Source of the DNA: Candidatus Omnitrophota bacterium
GTDB lineage: Bacteria; Omnitrophota; Gorgyraeia; 2-01-FULL-45-10
Direction: 5' to 3'
Assembly (NCBI GenBank): GCA_026387175.1
Contig: JAPLME010000008.1
Coordinates: 149,883 to 213,882 of the forward strand
Length of the DNA: 64,000 nt
The notes beneath the pieces were generated by a model. The model had not been told where the DNA came from. It was given only the letters and a program-made list of their open reading frames with translations, and did no database searches. A program made the position numbers and the translations under genes. Of the stretch, positions 41,007 to 50,559 are shown in pieces (the stretch's first letter is position 1; the number at the start of each line of letters is the position of its first letter).

Positions 41007-41667
41007 GAACAGCCATTTCATTGTGGCGATAGACGGGCCTGCGGGCAGCGGCAAGAGCACCGTCTCAAAGCTGATCGCTGGAAAGCTCGGCCTTTTATAT
41101 ATCGATACGGGAGCTATGTACAGGGCCCTTACATTAAAGGCGATGAGAGAGGGAGCGGATCTTGAAGACGCCGATGCCCTTACGAATCTTGCCAGGAACA
41201 CAAAGATAGACCTGAGAAATGTTTCCGGCAGCCTGAAAGTCTTTCTGGACGGTGAGGATGTGAGCGCTCTTATAAGGACGCCCGAGCTTACGAATAACGT
41301 GAAGTTCATCGCCCGCGTTCCCGGGGTCAGGCGGGAGATGGTGAATTCGCAGCGTATCATAGGAGGAAGATCAAGCGCTGTTCTCGAAGGCAGGGATATC
41401 GGCACCGTGGTCTTTCCGGATGCCAGGTTCAAATTTTATCTGGATGCCGACGTAGAAGAGCGTTCCAAGAGGCGTCACAAGGAGCTGTTAGAGGCGGGCC
41501 AGGACGCGGATCTCGGCAAAATAAAGAATGATGTGATAAGGAGAGATGAATCCGACATGAATAGGGATGTCGGCGCGCTTAAAAAAGCTCCGGATGCCGT
41601 GCTTATCGATACCACCGACCTTTCGATAGAAGAGGTCACAGAAAAATTATTGAGTTATATAAAATAA
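40996..41667 (+). CDS. cmk: cytidylate kinase
   Basis: P-loop IAIDGPAGSGKSTVSKLIA. Confidence 0.85.
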   Translation: MQNKNSHFIVAIDGPAGSGKSTVSKLIAGKLGLLYIDTGAMYRALTLKAMREGADLEDADALTNLARNTKIDLRNVSGSLKVFLDGEDVSALIRTPELTNNVKFIARVPGVRREMVNSQRIIGGRSSAVLEGRDIGTVVFPDARFKFYLDADVEERSKRRHKELLEAGQDADLGKIKNDVIRRDESDMNRDVGALKKAPDAVLIDTTDLSIEEVTEKLLSYIK

Positions 41668-41823
41668 GGTAAAATCCAAATTTTGACAGAGCAAAATTTG
41701 GATACGAAGTTGACTTCAAAATCCAAAATTTTCTCTGTAAAATTTCGGACCAACAAGTTCAGGGTATGGCTGGTTCTTCGCGTATGCCTGAGCAAGCTGT
41801 AAAGAAGCAAAAAATAAAATCCA

Positions 41824-43452
41824 ATGAAAGGGGTTGTTTTACTAATGGCTGAAAAACATGTAGTGGACGACGCAGAAAAAAGTACGGAAGGAGGGATGAG
41901 CGATTTCGCGAAGCTCTATCAGGACAGCATCATTGACATTAAAGAAGGGCAGATCCTGAAGGGCAAGATAATCGGCATAAATCCGAAAGATGTGGTAGTC
42001 GACGTCGGTTATAAGTCAGAAGGCGCTATACCACTGTCAGAATTTACCGATCCTGAGTCCCTGAAGATCGGAGATGAGATCGACGTATATCTAGAGTCCA
42101 AAGAGGACGAAAATGGTATGGTCGTTCTCTCGAAGCAGAAGGCGGAAAGGGCCGTCGGCTGGGAGATGGTCATATCGAAGTACGGTGAGGGCGACATAGT
42201 CGATGGAAAGGTTTCAAAGAAGGTCAAGGGCGGCTTCATGGTCAACGTCGGAGTTGAAGCGTTCCTGCCGGCTAGCCTTGCCGGTTCGAAGACCTTTGGA
42301 AATCTCAATCAGCTCATCGGACAGGTATTCACATTCAAGATCGTCAAGATAAATAAAGCAAGACGCAACATAGTGGTATCCCGTAAAGACGCTATTAGCC
42401 AGCAGAGGGAAGAAGATAAGAAGAAACTCTTTGAGACCCTCCAGAAAGGCGCGGTCGTATCCGGTATCGTGCGCAATATCACGGATTTCGGAGCTTTCGT
42501 TGAGCTTGAAGGAGGTATTATAGGGCTATTGCATATAACGGATATGAGCTGGGGAAGAATTTCACATCCCAGCGAGATCCTGGCTATAGGCGATAAGATA
42601 GATGTCATGGTCCTGGATTTTGATACTGTCAGCGGGAAGATATCGCTGGGGCTTAAGCAGAGGACACAGAGCCCGTGGGAAGCGGTTGACGCGAAATACG
42701 CTGTCGGCAGCAAGCTCAAGGGGACGGTTGTTAACCTGGTCCCTTACGGCGCGTTCATCGAACTCGAGAAAGGCGTTGAAGGGCTGCTCCACATATCCGA
42801 ACTCTCGTGGACTAAGAAGTATGCCAATCCGAATGAGCTTCTCGCGATCGGCGACAGGATAGAGGTGCAGGTCCTCGATGTCGACAGGCAGAATAAAAAG
42901 ATATCTCTTGGTTTGAAGCAGCTCGAGGCTAACCCATGGCTTGAGGTCGATAAGAAGTACACAGTCGGCCAGAAAGTCAAGGGCAAGGTGCGCAATCTTA
43001 CGGACTATGGCGCGTTCATAGAGCTCGAGGATGGGATAGACGGATTGGTGCATGTTTCGGACATATCATGGACGAAGCGTATTGGGCACCCGAAGGATGT
43101 TTTCAGTAAGGGAGAGAAGTTAGAGGCTGTGGTCCTCGCGGTAGATTCTGTAAATAGAAGGATATCGTTGGGAATAAAACAGCTCACTCCGGATCCGTGG
43201 GATGAGATAGCCGTGAAATATCCCCCGGAAACCGTGATGGACGGTAAAGTCACGAAGGTCGCGAATTTCGGATTATTTGTGGAGATAGCCAGTGACCTGG
43301 AAGGCCTGGTCCACATTTCTGAAATAACGCTTGGCGAGGGCGAAAAGCTTGAGACCAAGTTCAATGTAGGTGATGGTGTTAAGGTCAAAGTGCTGAAGGT
43401 GGATTCGCTGCAGCATAAGATAGCGCTGAGCCTTAAAGCGGTTGCCGGATAA
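41824..43452 (+). CDS. rpsA: 30S ribosomal protein S1
   Basis: Six tandem S1 domains (repeated GxV.GxV.....GAFVEL motifs). The start may be Met 41845. Confidence 0.85.
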   Translation: MKGVVLLMAEKHVVDDAEKSTEGGMSDFAKLYQDSIIDIKEGQILKGKIIGINPKDVVVDVGYKSEGAIPLSEFTDPESLKIGDEIDVYLESKEDENGMVVLSKQKAERAVGWEMVISKYGEGDIVDGKVSKKVKGGFMVNVGVEAFLPASLAGSKTFGNLNQLIGQVFTFKIVKINKARRNIVVSRKDAISQQREEDKKKLFETLQKGAVVSGIVRNITDFGAFVELEGGIIGLLHITDMSWGRISHPSEILAIGDKIDVMVLDFDTVSGKISLGLKQRTQSPWEAVDAKYAVGSKLKGTVVNLVPYGAFIELEKGVEGLLHISELSWTKKYANPNELLAIGDRIEVQVLDVDRQNKKISLGLKQLEANPWLEVDKKYTVGQKVKGKVRNLTDYGAFIELEDGIDGLVHVSDISWTKRIGHPKDVFSKGEKLEAVVLAVDSVNRRISLGIKQLTPDPWDEIAVKYPPETVMDGKVTKVANFGLFVEIASDLEGLVHISEITLGEGEKLETKFNVGDGVKVKVLKVDSLQHKIALSLKAVAG

Positions 43453-43478
43453 TCGGTAACAGCGGACGAATAATAGAT

Positions 43479-43515
43479 AAGGGGCCGTGATAATTGTCAC
43501 GGCCCCTTATTTTAT
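43479..43515. terminator. bidirectional intrinsic terminator between convergent rpsA and the 43512-44039 gene
   Basis: AAGGGGCCGTGA-taat-TGTCACGGCCCCTT with flanking A/T runs. Confidence 0.5.
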
Positions 43516-44039
43516 TTCCGATCGAAGAACGGATTCTTGCCGGTAACGCTTAAGGGAATACCGAGCGCCTGTTTTACGGCGCCGGAGAATAGCTTCAGGT
43601 CGAGCGCAGCCCTGCCGATCGAATACATCAGGCGGTTATCTATATGGAACCGGCTTGCCAGACTTGCGGAGGAGCTTACCGCTATGCCGAGATCTATCGA
43701 ATTGTAGGCGCAGATGCCTTTGGTTTTTGAGAGTTCGCCGCATGTCGGGTAACCGCAAAATCCGCAATCCAGCCCCGCGGGGTTTGCTCTGACGCCGATG
43801 ATTACCAGAGCAGGGGAGGCCGCGATAGAATTCGCGTCGCGTTCGAGGCTGGGCCTATTCTCGGTTTTCGATATTTCTTTCATTTTGTTTATCAGTTTCG
43901 TCTTCGTCGTGTCGTCATCAATGATCATTATTTCAATATTGTCTATGCCCCTGGTCTTAGGAGAGGTCCTTGCCGCGGCCGTCATAAGGGCCGCAACATG
44001 CGACGCGGCTTCTCTCTCCGCCTGATCCGATCTTTTCAT
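43512..44039 (-). CDS. hypothetical protein with ferredoxin-like Cys motif (possibly DUF2148/COG4739-like)
   Basis: Motif CGFCGYPTCGE. The family assignment is from memory only. Confidence 0.4.
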   Translation of the reverse strand: MKRSDQAEREAASHVAALMTAAARTSPKTRGIDNIEIMIIDDDTTKTKLINKMKEISKTENRPSLERDANSIAASPALVIIGVRANPAGLDCGFCGYPTCGELSKTKGICAYNSIDLGIAVSSSASLASRFHIDNRLMYSIGRAALDLKLFSGAVKQALGIPLSVTGKNPFFDRK

Positions 44040-44065
44040 TTGGCACCCCTTTCGTAATAAAAAAT

Positions 44066-45640
44066 TTAAATTCCATTACGCGACGCAAGTATCGCGTTTG
44101 ATATATCGGAGCTCCTTAGAACTCGCAGATCATATTTTTTTATGATCTCCTTGTCAGGCTCGAGCAGATAGTAGAAATCATATATTCCGTCAGGGCCCTG
44201 CCGGGTCGTGAAATCGATCCAGTACGTCTTATCCTTTATTATATAGTAGTTCGTTGCGGGTTCAAAAAGCCAGTTGATGCCTATCCTGTATTTATTTCCT
44301 CCGGGTATATTATTTTTTGTCAGGTCGTAGATCTTCCGCATGACGTTCTTTGTGTCGGCATCATATTTCCATATGTGAAAATGGGTGATATTCATACATA
44401 AAATTCCGTGCAGGACCGCTGCTGAAATAATTACAAAAAAGAACCCGTTCATTATCGCCCTCCAAGCGCTATGGGCGGAGGAAGAGAGAGAGGACCAAAA
44501 AGATATCACGAGCACTAAATAGAGCGGGACCAGGTATATGGCCGCTCTATCAATAGCGTATTTTATATGGAAGAATGTAAATTGAATATTCATCGAAACG
44601 ATTATCAGCAACAGGAGCATCGCGAGCCATAATGTATTCGTGTTATTCTTGTTACCTGGGCGCCCATTGATACCTATCGATATCGCGACGATGAGAGCTA
44701 TGACATATAGCATAAATATGATGATTTTTATGACATGCAGCGCTTCCGGCCCTGCATAGCTTTTACCGTAGAGGACGCACTCCAGGACTGTGGTCACAGT
44801 GTTTGCCCAGAAGCCTGTTGTGCCGCCATAATCTGTGATAAAAAGCTTGATCCTGTCCATGACGGGAGCGCTGTAAATAAAACGCAATACTATCAGGATG
44901 CACGCGGCTGGAATCAGGAATCCCATGGCCAGTGTTTTGAAGGCTTTGACCATGGAGTTTTTCGCCGCGCGAATCATTTCATATATTTCGGATATGCCGA
45001 TTAACGCCATTATCGCGAATAGGACATTCGCAAAAGCCAGGTTTGATAACACGGAAAACCCGAGCATGGACAGGGTTAAGATATTGCAGCGAGGACGCAG
45101 GCTATCGCAAGCGTAATTTCTTTTCAAGAAAAAGTATAGGCCGAACATCAGGAAGCCGACCCCCAGAGCGTATCCCCTGGCGCAGGAAAAGAAGTCCAGT
45201 AAAAACGGGTTTGTCGTCAGCAGCAAAAATCCGAGCAGGTACTTGGCTTTTTTAAAAAAAAGGTCAAGTATTTTGAGAGACGCGACCAGGTAAAGGATAT
45301 GTCCGATCAGCGCCGGGATCCTGATAACAAATTCATTGTTCCCGAGCACTTCGCAGAAGAATTTAATGAATAACGTATTGAGCAGATGATTATTCGAACT
45401 GATAGCTCCCGCGTGTAAGAATATGTTTCGTATGCTTCCCTGCGCATGAATGAGATAGGTGAGCGCTTCATCGTGGCTTATCGATATGACGCCTGCTCGA
45501 AAGCATGTATAGCAGAAAAGCGCGCAGGCAATTATGAATGCCGTGAATTGATACCGGTCGGCGTTGTACCAAGGGCCGGGCCGGATGCCGGACATAGATT
45601 CATCTACGGTTTTTTGTACGGCGTGTTTCTTTCTTTTCAT
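44066..45640 (-). CDS. polytopic membrane protein, putative GT-C-fold glycosyltransferase (PMT/ArnT-like)
   Basis: About 10 predicted TM helices and an early-loop DE motif (SHDEALTYL). A C-terminal soluble domain. Confidence 0.45.
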   Translation of the reverse strand: MKRKKHAVQKTVDESMSGIRPGPWYNADRYQFTAFIIACALFCYTCFRAGVISISHDEALTYLIHAQGSIRNIFLHAGAISSNNHLLNTLFIKFFCEVLGNNEFVIRIPALIGHILYLVASLKILDLFFKKAKYLLGFLLLTTNPFLLDFFSCARGYALGVGFLMFGLYFFLKRNYACDSLRPRCNILTLSMLGFSVLSNLAFANVLFAIMALIGISEIYEMIRAAKNSMVKAFKTLAMGFLIPAACILIVLRFIYSAPVMDRIKLFITDYGGTTGFWANTVTTVLECVLYGKSYAGPEALHVIKIIIFMLYVIALIVAISIGINGRPGNKNNTNTLWLAMLLLLIIVSMNIQFTFFHIKYAIDRAAIYLVPLYLVLVISFWSSLSSSAHSAWRAIMNGFFFVIISAAVLHGILCMNITHFHIWKYDADTKNVMRKIYDLTKNNIPGGNKYRIGINWLFEPATNYYIIKDKTYWIDFTTRQGPDGIYDFYYLLEPDKEIIKKYDLRVLRSSDISNAILASRNGI

Positions 45641-47075
45641 CTTTCCCTTCTAATATAGGATGTATGATCTCTCCCGGCGGCGAGACCATCATGAAGTAGA
45701 TAAAAATAATAGTCGGCCATAGCTGCAGGACCAGGCGGTTTAAGGTGGTGCCTATATGCCACTTGAGATCGTATGGGCTAGTAAGATATATTGCGCAGTA
45801 ACCGGTAAGCATAATTAATACCGCGAGTATCGATATAAGAACCGCTGTCCGGTCTTCCTTTCTGATCGATATGCCGGCAAGGAATAAATATACTAAAAGG
45901 ACGGGGACCGCGCCTGTGAAGAGAAACCCGAGCCGGAAAAATTCGTTAGTGAACCCCGATATTATAAAGTAATACCTGGACGGGTCGGCCAGTTTTTCTG
46001 CCCAGTGCCCGGATATTTGGGCCGCCAGAATATCTTTGTTGGGCGGCGCCAGGAAGAGCTTGAAATATATGATAATTAAAAGGATAGGACTTGAGCCGGC
46101 GAGAAACGCCGCCATTTGCCGTAAGCTCCCGCGGATGCCGATGATCGGAACGGTCACGAAGATACGGGAAATAATGACTGCCGCTAAAAAGAACAGGCCC
46201 TCGTTTTTTGTCCAGGCTGCGAATGCCGTTATTAAGCCGGCGAGCACCAGGAATCCATTATTTTTGCCGGGCAGTCTCTCATTGAGGTATAAGATAACGA
46301 TACTCGCTAAGATAAAAAATGATAGCGGCACATCGGCGTATTGAGACGCTCCATGCAGGATGAATGACGGTGTGCCCAATAAGATGAAAGCGCCTAAGAG
46401 GCCCTGTTCTCTCCCCCGCAAGAGGGAGAGCGACGATTTCAATAGCCCGATAGTGGCAAATGTGAAGACCAGCGCGATAGCGGCCGGTGCGAGAGTCTGA
46501 CATTTACCCATATAGGCCCAGCTCCTGGCTATCATACCTGGCAGCAGAAGAGGGTAATCCGGGTTTGTCCAGCTTATGACATTGGTAAAGGCATCTTTCC
46601 AGGCGGCCAGTCCACGGAAAATGAACCGTGCCCTCATGTTCCATATGGCCCATGCGTCCCATCCACCATGCGGCTGGCAAGCCGATTTTGATATGAAGGA
46701 AGATATCGCGAATGCGGTTGCGCACAAAAACGCCGCTGTTAGAACATAATAGACCCTATTGGAAAAGATCTGGTTTTCGGCCCTCCGCAGCATCAGGCAT
46801 TCTTGAGCCTCCTGTTTTAACGCGCCGAATAATACCGCTCCCAGCGCGGCGCACAGCAGCAGTTCCGCGATTACGAACGACGCAAAACCAAACCGGTAAG
46901 CGCTCATAACGAGCCATAAAAAGAATAGGGATGAGGATATTCCTATTCCTATGCCTACCGCAAGGGCTAGCTTGAGAGACAGGTTAGTTATCAGCGGTTT
47001 TCGGCAGGGCCAGGCGATGAATACCAGCAGAAGCCCCATTGCCAGCGATATTATTAGTGACGCAAAAAGTATCAT
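45600..47075 (-). CDS. polytopic membrane protein (possible GT-C-like glycosyltransferase)
   Basis: Many hydrophobic segments and a Lys/Arg-rich C-terminal tail. In tandem with the preceding membrane protein. Confidence 0.4.
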   Translation of the reverse strand: MILFASLIISLAMGLLLVFIAWPCRKPLITNLSLKLALAVGIGIGISSSLFFLWLVMSAYRFGFASFVIAELLLCAALGAVLFGALKQEAQECLMLRRAENQIFSNRVYYVLTAAFLCATAFAISSFISKSACQPHGGWDAWAIWNMRARFIFRGLAAWKDAFTNVISWTNPDYPLLLPGMIARSWAYMGKCQTLAPAAIALVFTFATIGLLKSSLSLLRGREQGLLGAFILLGTPSFILHGASQYADVPLSFFILASIVILYLNERLPGKNNGFLVLAGLITAFAAWTKNEGLFFLAAVIISRIFVTVPIIGIRGSLRQMAAFLAGSSPILLIIIYFKLFLAPPNKDILAAQISGHWAEKLADPSRYYFIISGFTNEFFRLGFLFTGAVPVLLVYLFLAGISIRKEDRTAVLISILAVLIMLTGYCAIYLTSPYDLKWHIGTTLNRLVLQLWPTIIFIYFMMVSPPGEIIHPILEGKDEKKETRRTKNRR

Positions 47076-47509
47076 GAGGGCGCATCCTCATTACGTAACA
47101 AAAAGACGCCGTTTCCGGCATTCATGATAACGCTGAATCTGCCATATGCGCTTATATCTGGAAGCGCGGAGGAGTGAAAATTGCCTATCACGATACCTCT
47201 GCGGGGATTATTATCAACTACGACCGGAGCGACGGCATACTGTGTCAGATAATATTCCGCCTGAAGATTGCCGTAAGCCATGACGGCTTCCGGGGGAGCT
47301 TCCGTAATATACCCTACTGCGCCCCGGGCCGGTAACGCCGCCCTGACCGCGGCAAAGCGTTCTTCGTATTGAGTGATTTGATCGCGAGGGCCTGTATTAA
47401 TCCGCTCGTTTCCGGTTTTTGTGAACAACTCGGCGCAGGTAATAAGAGAGAGGATGATAATGATAAAAATTCCGGCTTTAAGTGGCGCGAACCTCATTGT
47501 ATATCCCAT
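47072..47509 (-). CDS. hypothetical membrane-anchored/exported protein
   Basis: N-terminal hydrophobic anchor GIFIIIILSLITCAELF. Overlaps the upstream gene by 4 nt. Confidence 0.35.
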   Translation of the reverse strand: MGYTMRFAPLKAGIFIIIILSLITCAELFTKTGNERINTGPRDQITQYEERFAAVRAALPARGAVGYITEAPPEAVMAYGNLQAEYYLTQYAVAPVVVDNNPRRGIVIGNFHSSALPDISAYGRFSVIMNAGNGVFLLRNEDAPS

Positions 47510-47609
47510 GTTTTATTATAATATACACCATAGCCCATTAAAGTGAAAATAAAATCTTTACATTTCTGGAACAGTATGTTAATATAAGCGAAAAGTGAGG
47601 TATTGAACA

Positions 47610-47879
47610 ATGGCTTTAGTGAAGGAAAAGAAGACGAGTATAATTAACACTTTCAAGACAAATGAGAAGGATACCGGTTCGCCGAGCGTCCAGATCGCGC
47701 TTTTAACCGAAAGGATCAACTCTCTTTCGTCGCATTTTAAGGCGCACAAGCATGATCACCACTCCAGGCATGGGTTGCTTCGCATGGTGAGTGTGAGAAG
47801 AAGACTGCTTGATTATCTGAAGAAAAAAGACGATCAGGAATACCACGACCTTATCAAGAAGCTGGATCTAAGAAAGTAG
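47610..47879 (+). CDS. rpsO: 30S ribosomal protein S15
   Basis: 89 aa, [15 protein letters not shown]...[10 protein letters not shown]. Confidence 0.9.
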   Translation: MALVKEKKTSIINTFKTNEKDTGSPSVQIALLTERINSLSSHFKAHKHDHHSRHGLLRMVSVRRRLLDYLKKKDDQEYHDLIKKLDLRK

Positions 47880-47964
47880 ATATTGGCGCCCCCGGGCGCT
47901 CACCGTGCGTACGAACCGATAGTAAAAGTGTTCGCGCATTTTTTATTGTATAAAAAAGGAACGT

Positions 47965-50076
47965 ATGACTAAAAAATTTGAGACAAAATTAGGCAGGGAA
48001 ACTTTAATTATAGAGACCGGCAGGATGGCAAAGCAGGCGGACGGCGCATGCATGGTTCAGCTCGGCGGAACGGTAGTGCTGGCGACGGCTGTATCTTCCA
48101 TGGAACCCAGAGAAGATGTCGACTTTTTCCCGCTCACGGTAGAATACCAGGAAAAGACCTACGCCGCGGGCAAGATTCCGGGAGGCTTTTTTAAGCGGGA
48201 AGGCAGGCCAAGCGAGAAAGCGATATTGACGTGCCGTTTGATAGACAGGCCCATAAGGCCGTTATTCCCTAAAGGCTACGTCAATGAAACTCAAGTCGTT
48301 ACTATGGTCTTATCCAGCGATGGAGAGAATGATTCCGATATATTGGCAATGATAGGCGCATCGACGGCTCTTACGATATCGGATATACCGTTCAATGAAC
48401 CGATAGGCGCAGTGCGGGTCGGGAGGATAGATGGTAAATTCATCATCAATCCGACATTCGAAGAGCTTGAGACCAGCGATCTCGATATAATAGTGGCGGG
48501 AACGCGCTCCAGCGTAATAATGATAGAAGCCGGAGCCAAGGAGCTGAGCGAAGAGGTCATGGCAGATGCCATAGCTTTTGCGCATAAAGAGCTTCAGCCC
48601 ATTATAGATCTACAGGAAAAGATGGCGCGCGAACTTAAGACCAAGAAGAGGGAATACACTGTATCCAAAGTCGCGGATGAGCTATTAAAGAAGGTGAAAT
48701 CCGCTTCGGATGCAAAACTTGACGAGATCAATAAGCTTTCCACTAAGGAACAGAGAGAAGAAGCCATGAGCCTTCTTGCTAAAGAGCTTATAGCTAAATT
48801 CGTGACAGAGGATTCGGAATATAGCGGCGCGGATATTAAGAAAGCGCTCTCAGAGGTTGAGGAAGAGAATGTAAGGCGCTATATGGTAGAGAAGAAGAGA
48901 AGGGTCGACGGCAGGCGCTTCGACGAGGTACGGCAGATAACTTGCGAGGTAGGCGTATTGCCGAGAACTCACGGTTCCGGCCTCTTTACGCGCGGCCAGA
49001 CCCAGAGCCTATCAGTGACGACACTTGGAACGAGCGCCGATGAACAGACTATAGACGCGCTCGCGGGAGAGACGCAGAAGAACTTCATGCTGCATTATAA
49101 TTTTCCGCCGTTTTCGGTAGGAGAGGCAAAGCCCATGAGAGGCCCGGGCCGAAGAGAGATAGGGCACGGCGCTTTGGCTGAAAGAGCGTTAAAAGCCGTA
49201 ATGCCTTCTAAGGACGCGTTCCCTTACACCGTGAGAGTGGTCTCCGATATTCTGGAGTCGAACGGCTCTTCAAGCATGGCCACTGTGTGCGCGGGCACTT
49301 TGTCGCTGATGGATGCCGGAGTTCCGATATCGAAGCCTGTCAGCGGTATTGCGATGGGGCTTATTAAAGAAGGCAGCCATGAAATAGTACTGACCGATAT
49401 AGGCGGAGTCGAGGATCATTACGGCGATATGGATTTCAAGGTGGCAGGGACCGTCGACGGCATCACCGCGGTCCAGATGGACCTTAAGATACAGGGTATA
49501 TCGGTAGAGCTCATTAAAAAAGCTTTTGCCGATGCCAAGGTCGCGAGGCTGTTCATAATGGATAAGATGCTTAAATCTATAGCCAAGCCCAAAGAGAAGA
49601 TATCCGACCTCGCCCCACATATAGTGAGCATAAAACTGCCTCAGGGCAAGATAGGCGAAGTCATCGGTCCGGGTGGTAAGAATATAAAGAAGATAATCCA
49701 GGAGACCGGGGTTACGGTCGATATCGATGATGACGGTGTGTGCCAGGTGGCCTCTCAGGACGGCGCCGCTATAGATAAAGCCGTCGCGATCATCAGGGGA
49801 ATGATAGAGGAGCCCGAAGTGGGCAGAATTTACAAAGGCAAAATAAAGAGGATAATGAACTTTGGAGCGTTCTGCGAGATATTGCCGGGTAAAGAAGGCC
49901 TTATACATGTCTCTGAGCTTGCGGGTAAGTTCGTAAAGAACGTAGAAGATGTAGTCAAACTCGGGGATGAAGTCACCGTAAAAGTTATCGAAATAGACCA
50001 GCAGGGCCGGGTCAATCTTTCAAAGAAACAGGCTGAGCCCTCAGCTATCGAAACCGAAGATAAAGAAAAGAAGTAA
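47965..50076 (+). CDS. pnp: polyribonucleotide nucleotidyltransferase
   Basis: 703 aa with two RNase PH domains, KH (GPGGKNIKKI) and S1 (GKIKRIMNFGAF) domains. Confidence 0.9.
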   Translation: MTKKFETKLGRETLIIETGRMAKQADGACMVQLGGTVVLATAVSSMEPREDVDFFPLTVEYQEKTYAAGKIPGGFFKREGRPSEKAILTCRLIDRPIRPLFPKGYVNETQVVTMVLSSDGENDSDILAMIGASTALTISDIPFNEPIGAVRVGRIDGKFIINPTFEELETSDLDIIVAGTRSSVIMIEAGAKELSEEVMADAIAFAHKELQPIIDLQEKMARELKTKKREYTVSKVADELLKKVKSASDAKLDEINKLSTKEQREEAMSLLAKELIAKFVTEDSEYSGADIKKALSEVEEENVRRYMVEKKRRVDGRRFDEVRQITCEVGVLPRTHGSGLFTRGQTQSLSVTTLGTSADEQTIDALAGETQKNFMLHYNFPPFSVGEAKPMRGPGRREIGHGALAERALKAVMPSKDAFPYTVRVVSDILESNGSSSMATVCAGTLSLMDAGVPISKPVSGIAMGLIKEGSHEIVLTDIGGVEDHYGDMDFKVAGTVDGITAVQMDLKIQGISVELIKKAFADAKVARLFIMDKMLKSIAKPKEKISDLAPHIVSIKLPQGKIGEVIGPGGKNIKKIIQETGVTVDIDDDGVCQVASQDGAAIDKAVAIIRGMIEEPEVGRIYKGKIKRIMNFGAFCEILPGKEGLIHVSELAGKFVKNVEDVVKLGDEVTVKVIEIDQQGRVNLSKKQAEPSAIETEDKEKK

Positions 50077-50086
50077 AAAGTTTTAC

Positions 50087-50557
50087 GTGCTGCCGGCACA
50101 GGGAAATTTGAAGCTAGTAAAAATCTCTCTCAAAAGAAAGAAGGGTTGCGAGGATCTTCCCGTTCCTGAATACGCGACTCGAGGGTCAAGCGGAATGGAC
50201 CTCTACGCGGACGTTGAGGGGGAGATTGTATTATTGCCAGGCGAGATCAAACTTATCTCGGCTGGCATTTATTTAAGTATCCCCGAAGGTTACGAAGCCG
50301 AGATTCGCCCTAGAAGCGGCCTGGCCCTGAAGCATGGCATAGGCCTTGTAAATGCTCCCGGCACCATAGATTCCGATTACAGGGGCCTGATAGGCCTTAT
50401 CATGATAAATCACGGTAAGAAACCTTTCGTTATAAAACGCCGCGACCGTATAGCGCAGATGGTGATTAAGGATATAGTAAGGGCTGATATAAAAGTGTGC
50501 GGAGAGCTTGACGAGACCGTAAGGTCGCACGGCGGGTTTGGCCACACCGGAAAGTAA
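50087..50557 (+). CDS. dut: dUTP diphosphatase
   Basis: Motifs ATRGSSGMDLYA, RSGLALKHGI and GTIDSDYRG. TTG at 50108 (MKLVKISLKR) is a plausible alternative start to GTG at 50087. Confidence 0.85.
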   Translation: MLPAQGNLKLVKISLKRKKGCEDLPVPEYATRGSSGMDLYADVEGEIVLLPGEIKLISAGIYLSIPEGYEAEIRPRSGLALKHGIGLVNAPGTIDSDYRGLIGLIMINHGKKPFVIKRRDRIAQMVIKDIVRADIKVCGELDETVRSHGGFGHTGK

Positions 50558-50559
50558 AA

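Noticed and set aside
50087-50107. GTG start for dut giving MLPAQGN... N-terminus.
   Set aside because: Not rejected outright, but the TTG at 50108 yields a more typical dUTPase N-terminus (MKLVKISLKR). The true start is uncertain, so the longer ORF is kept in features with this caveat.
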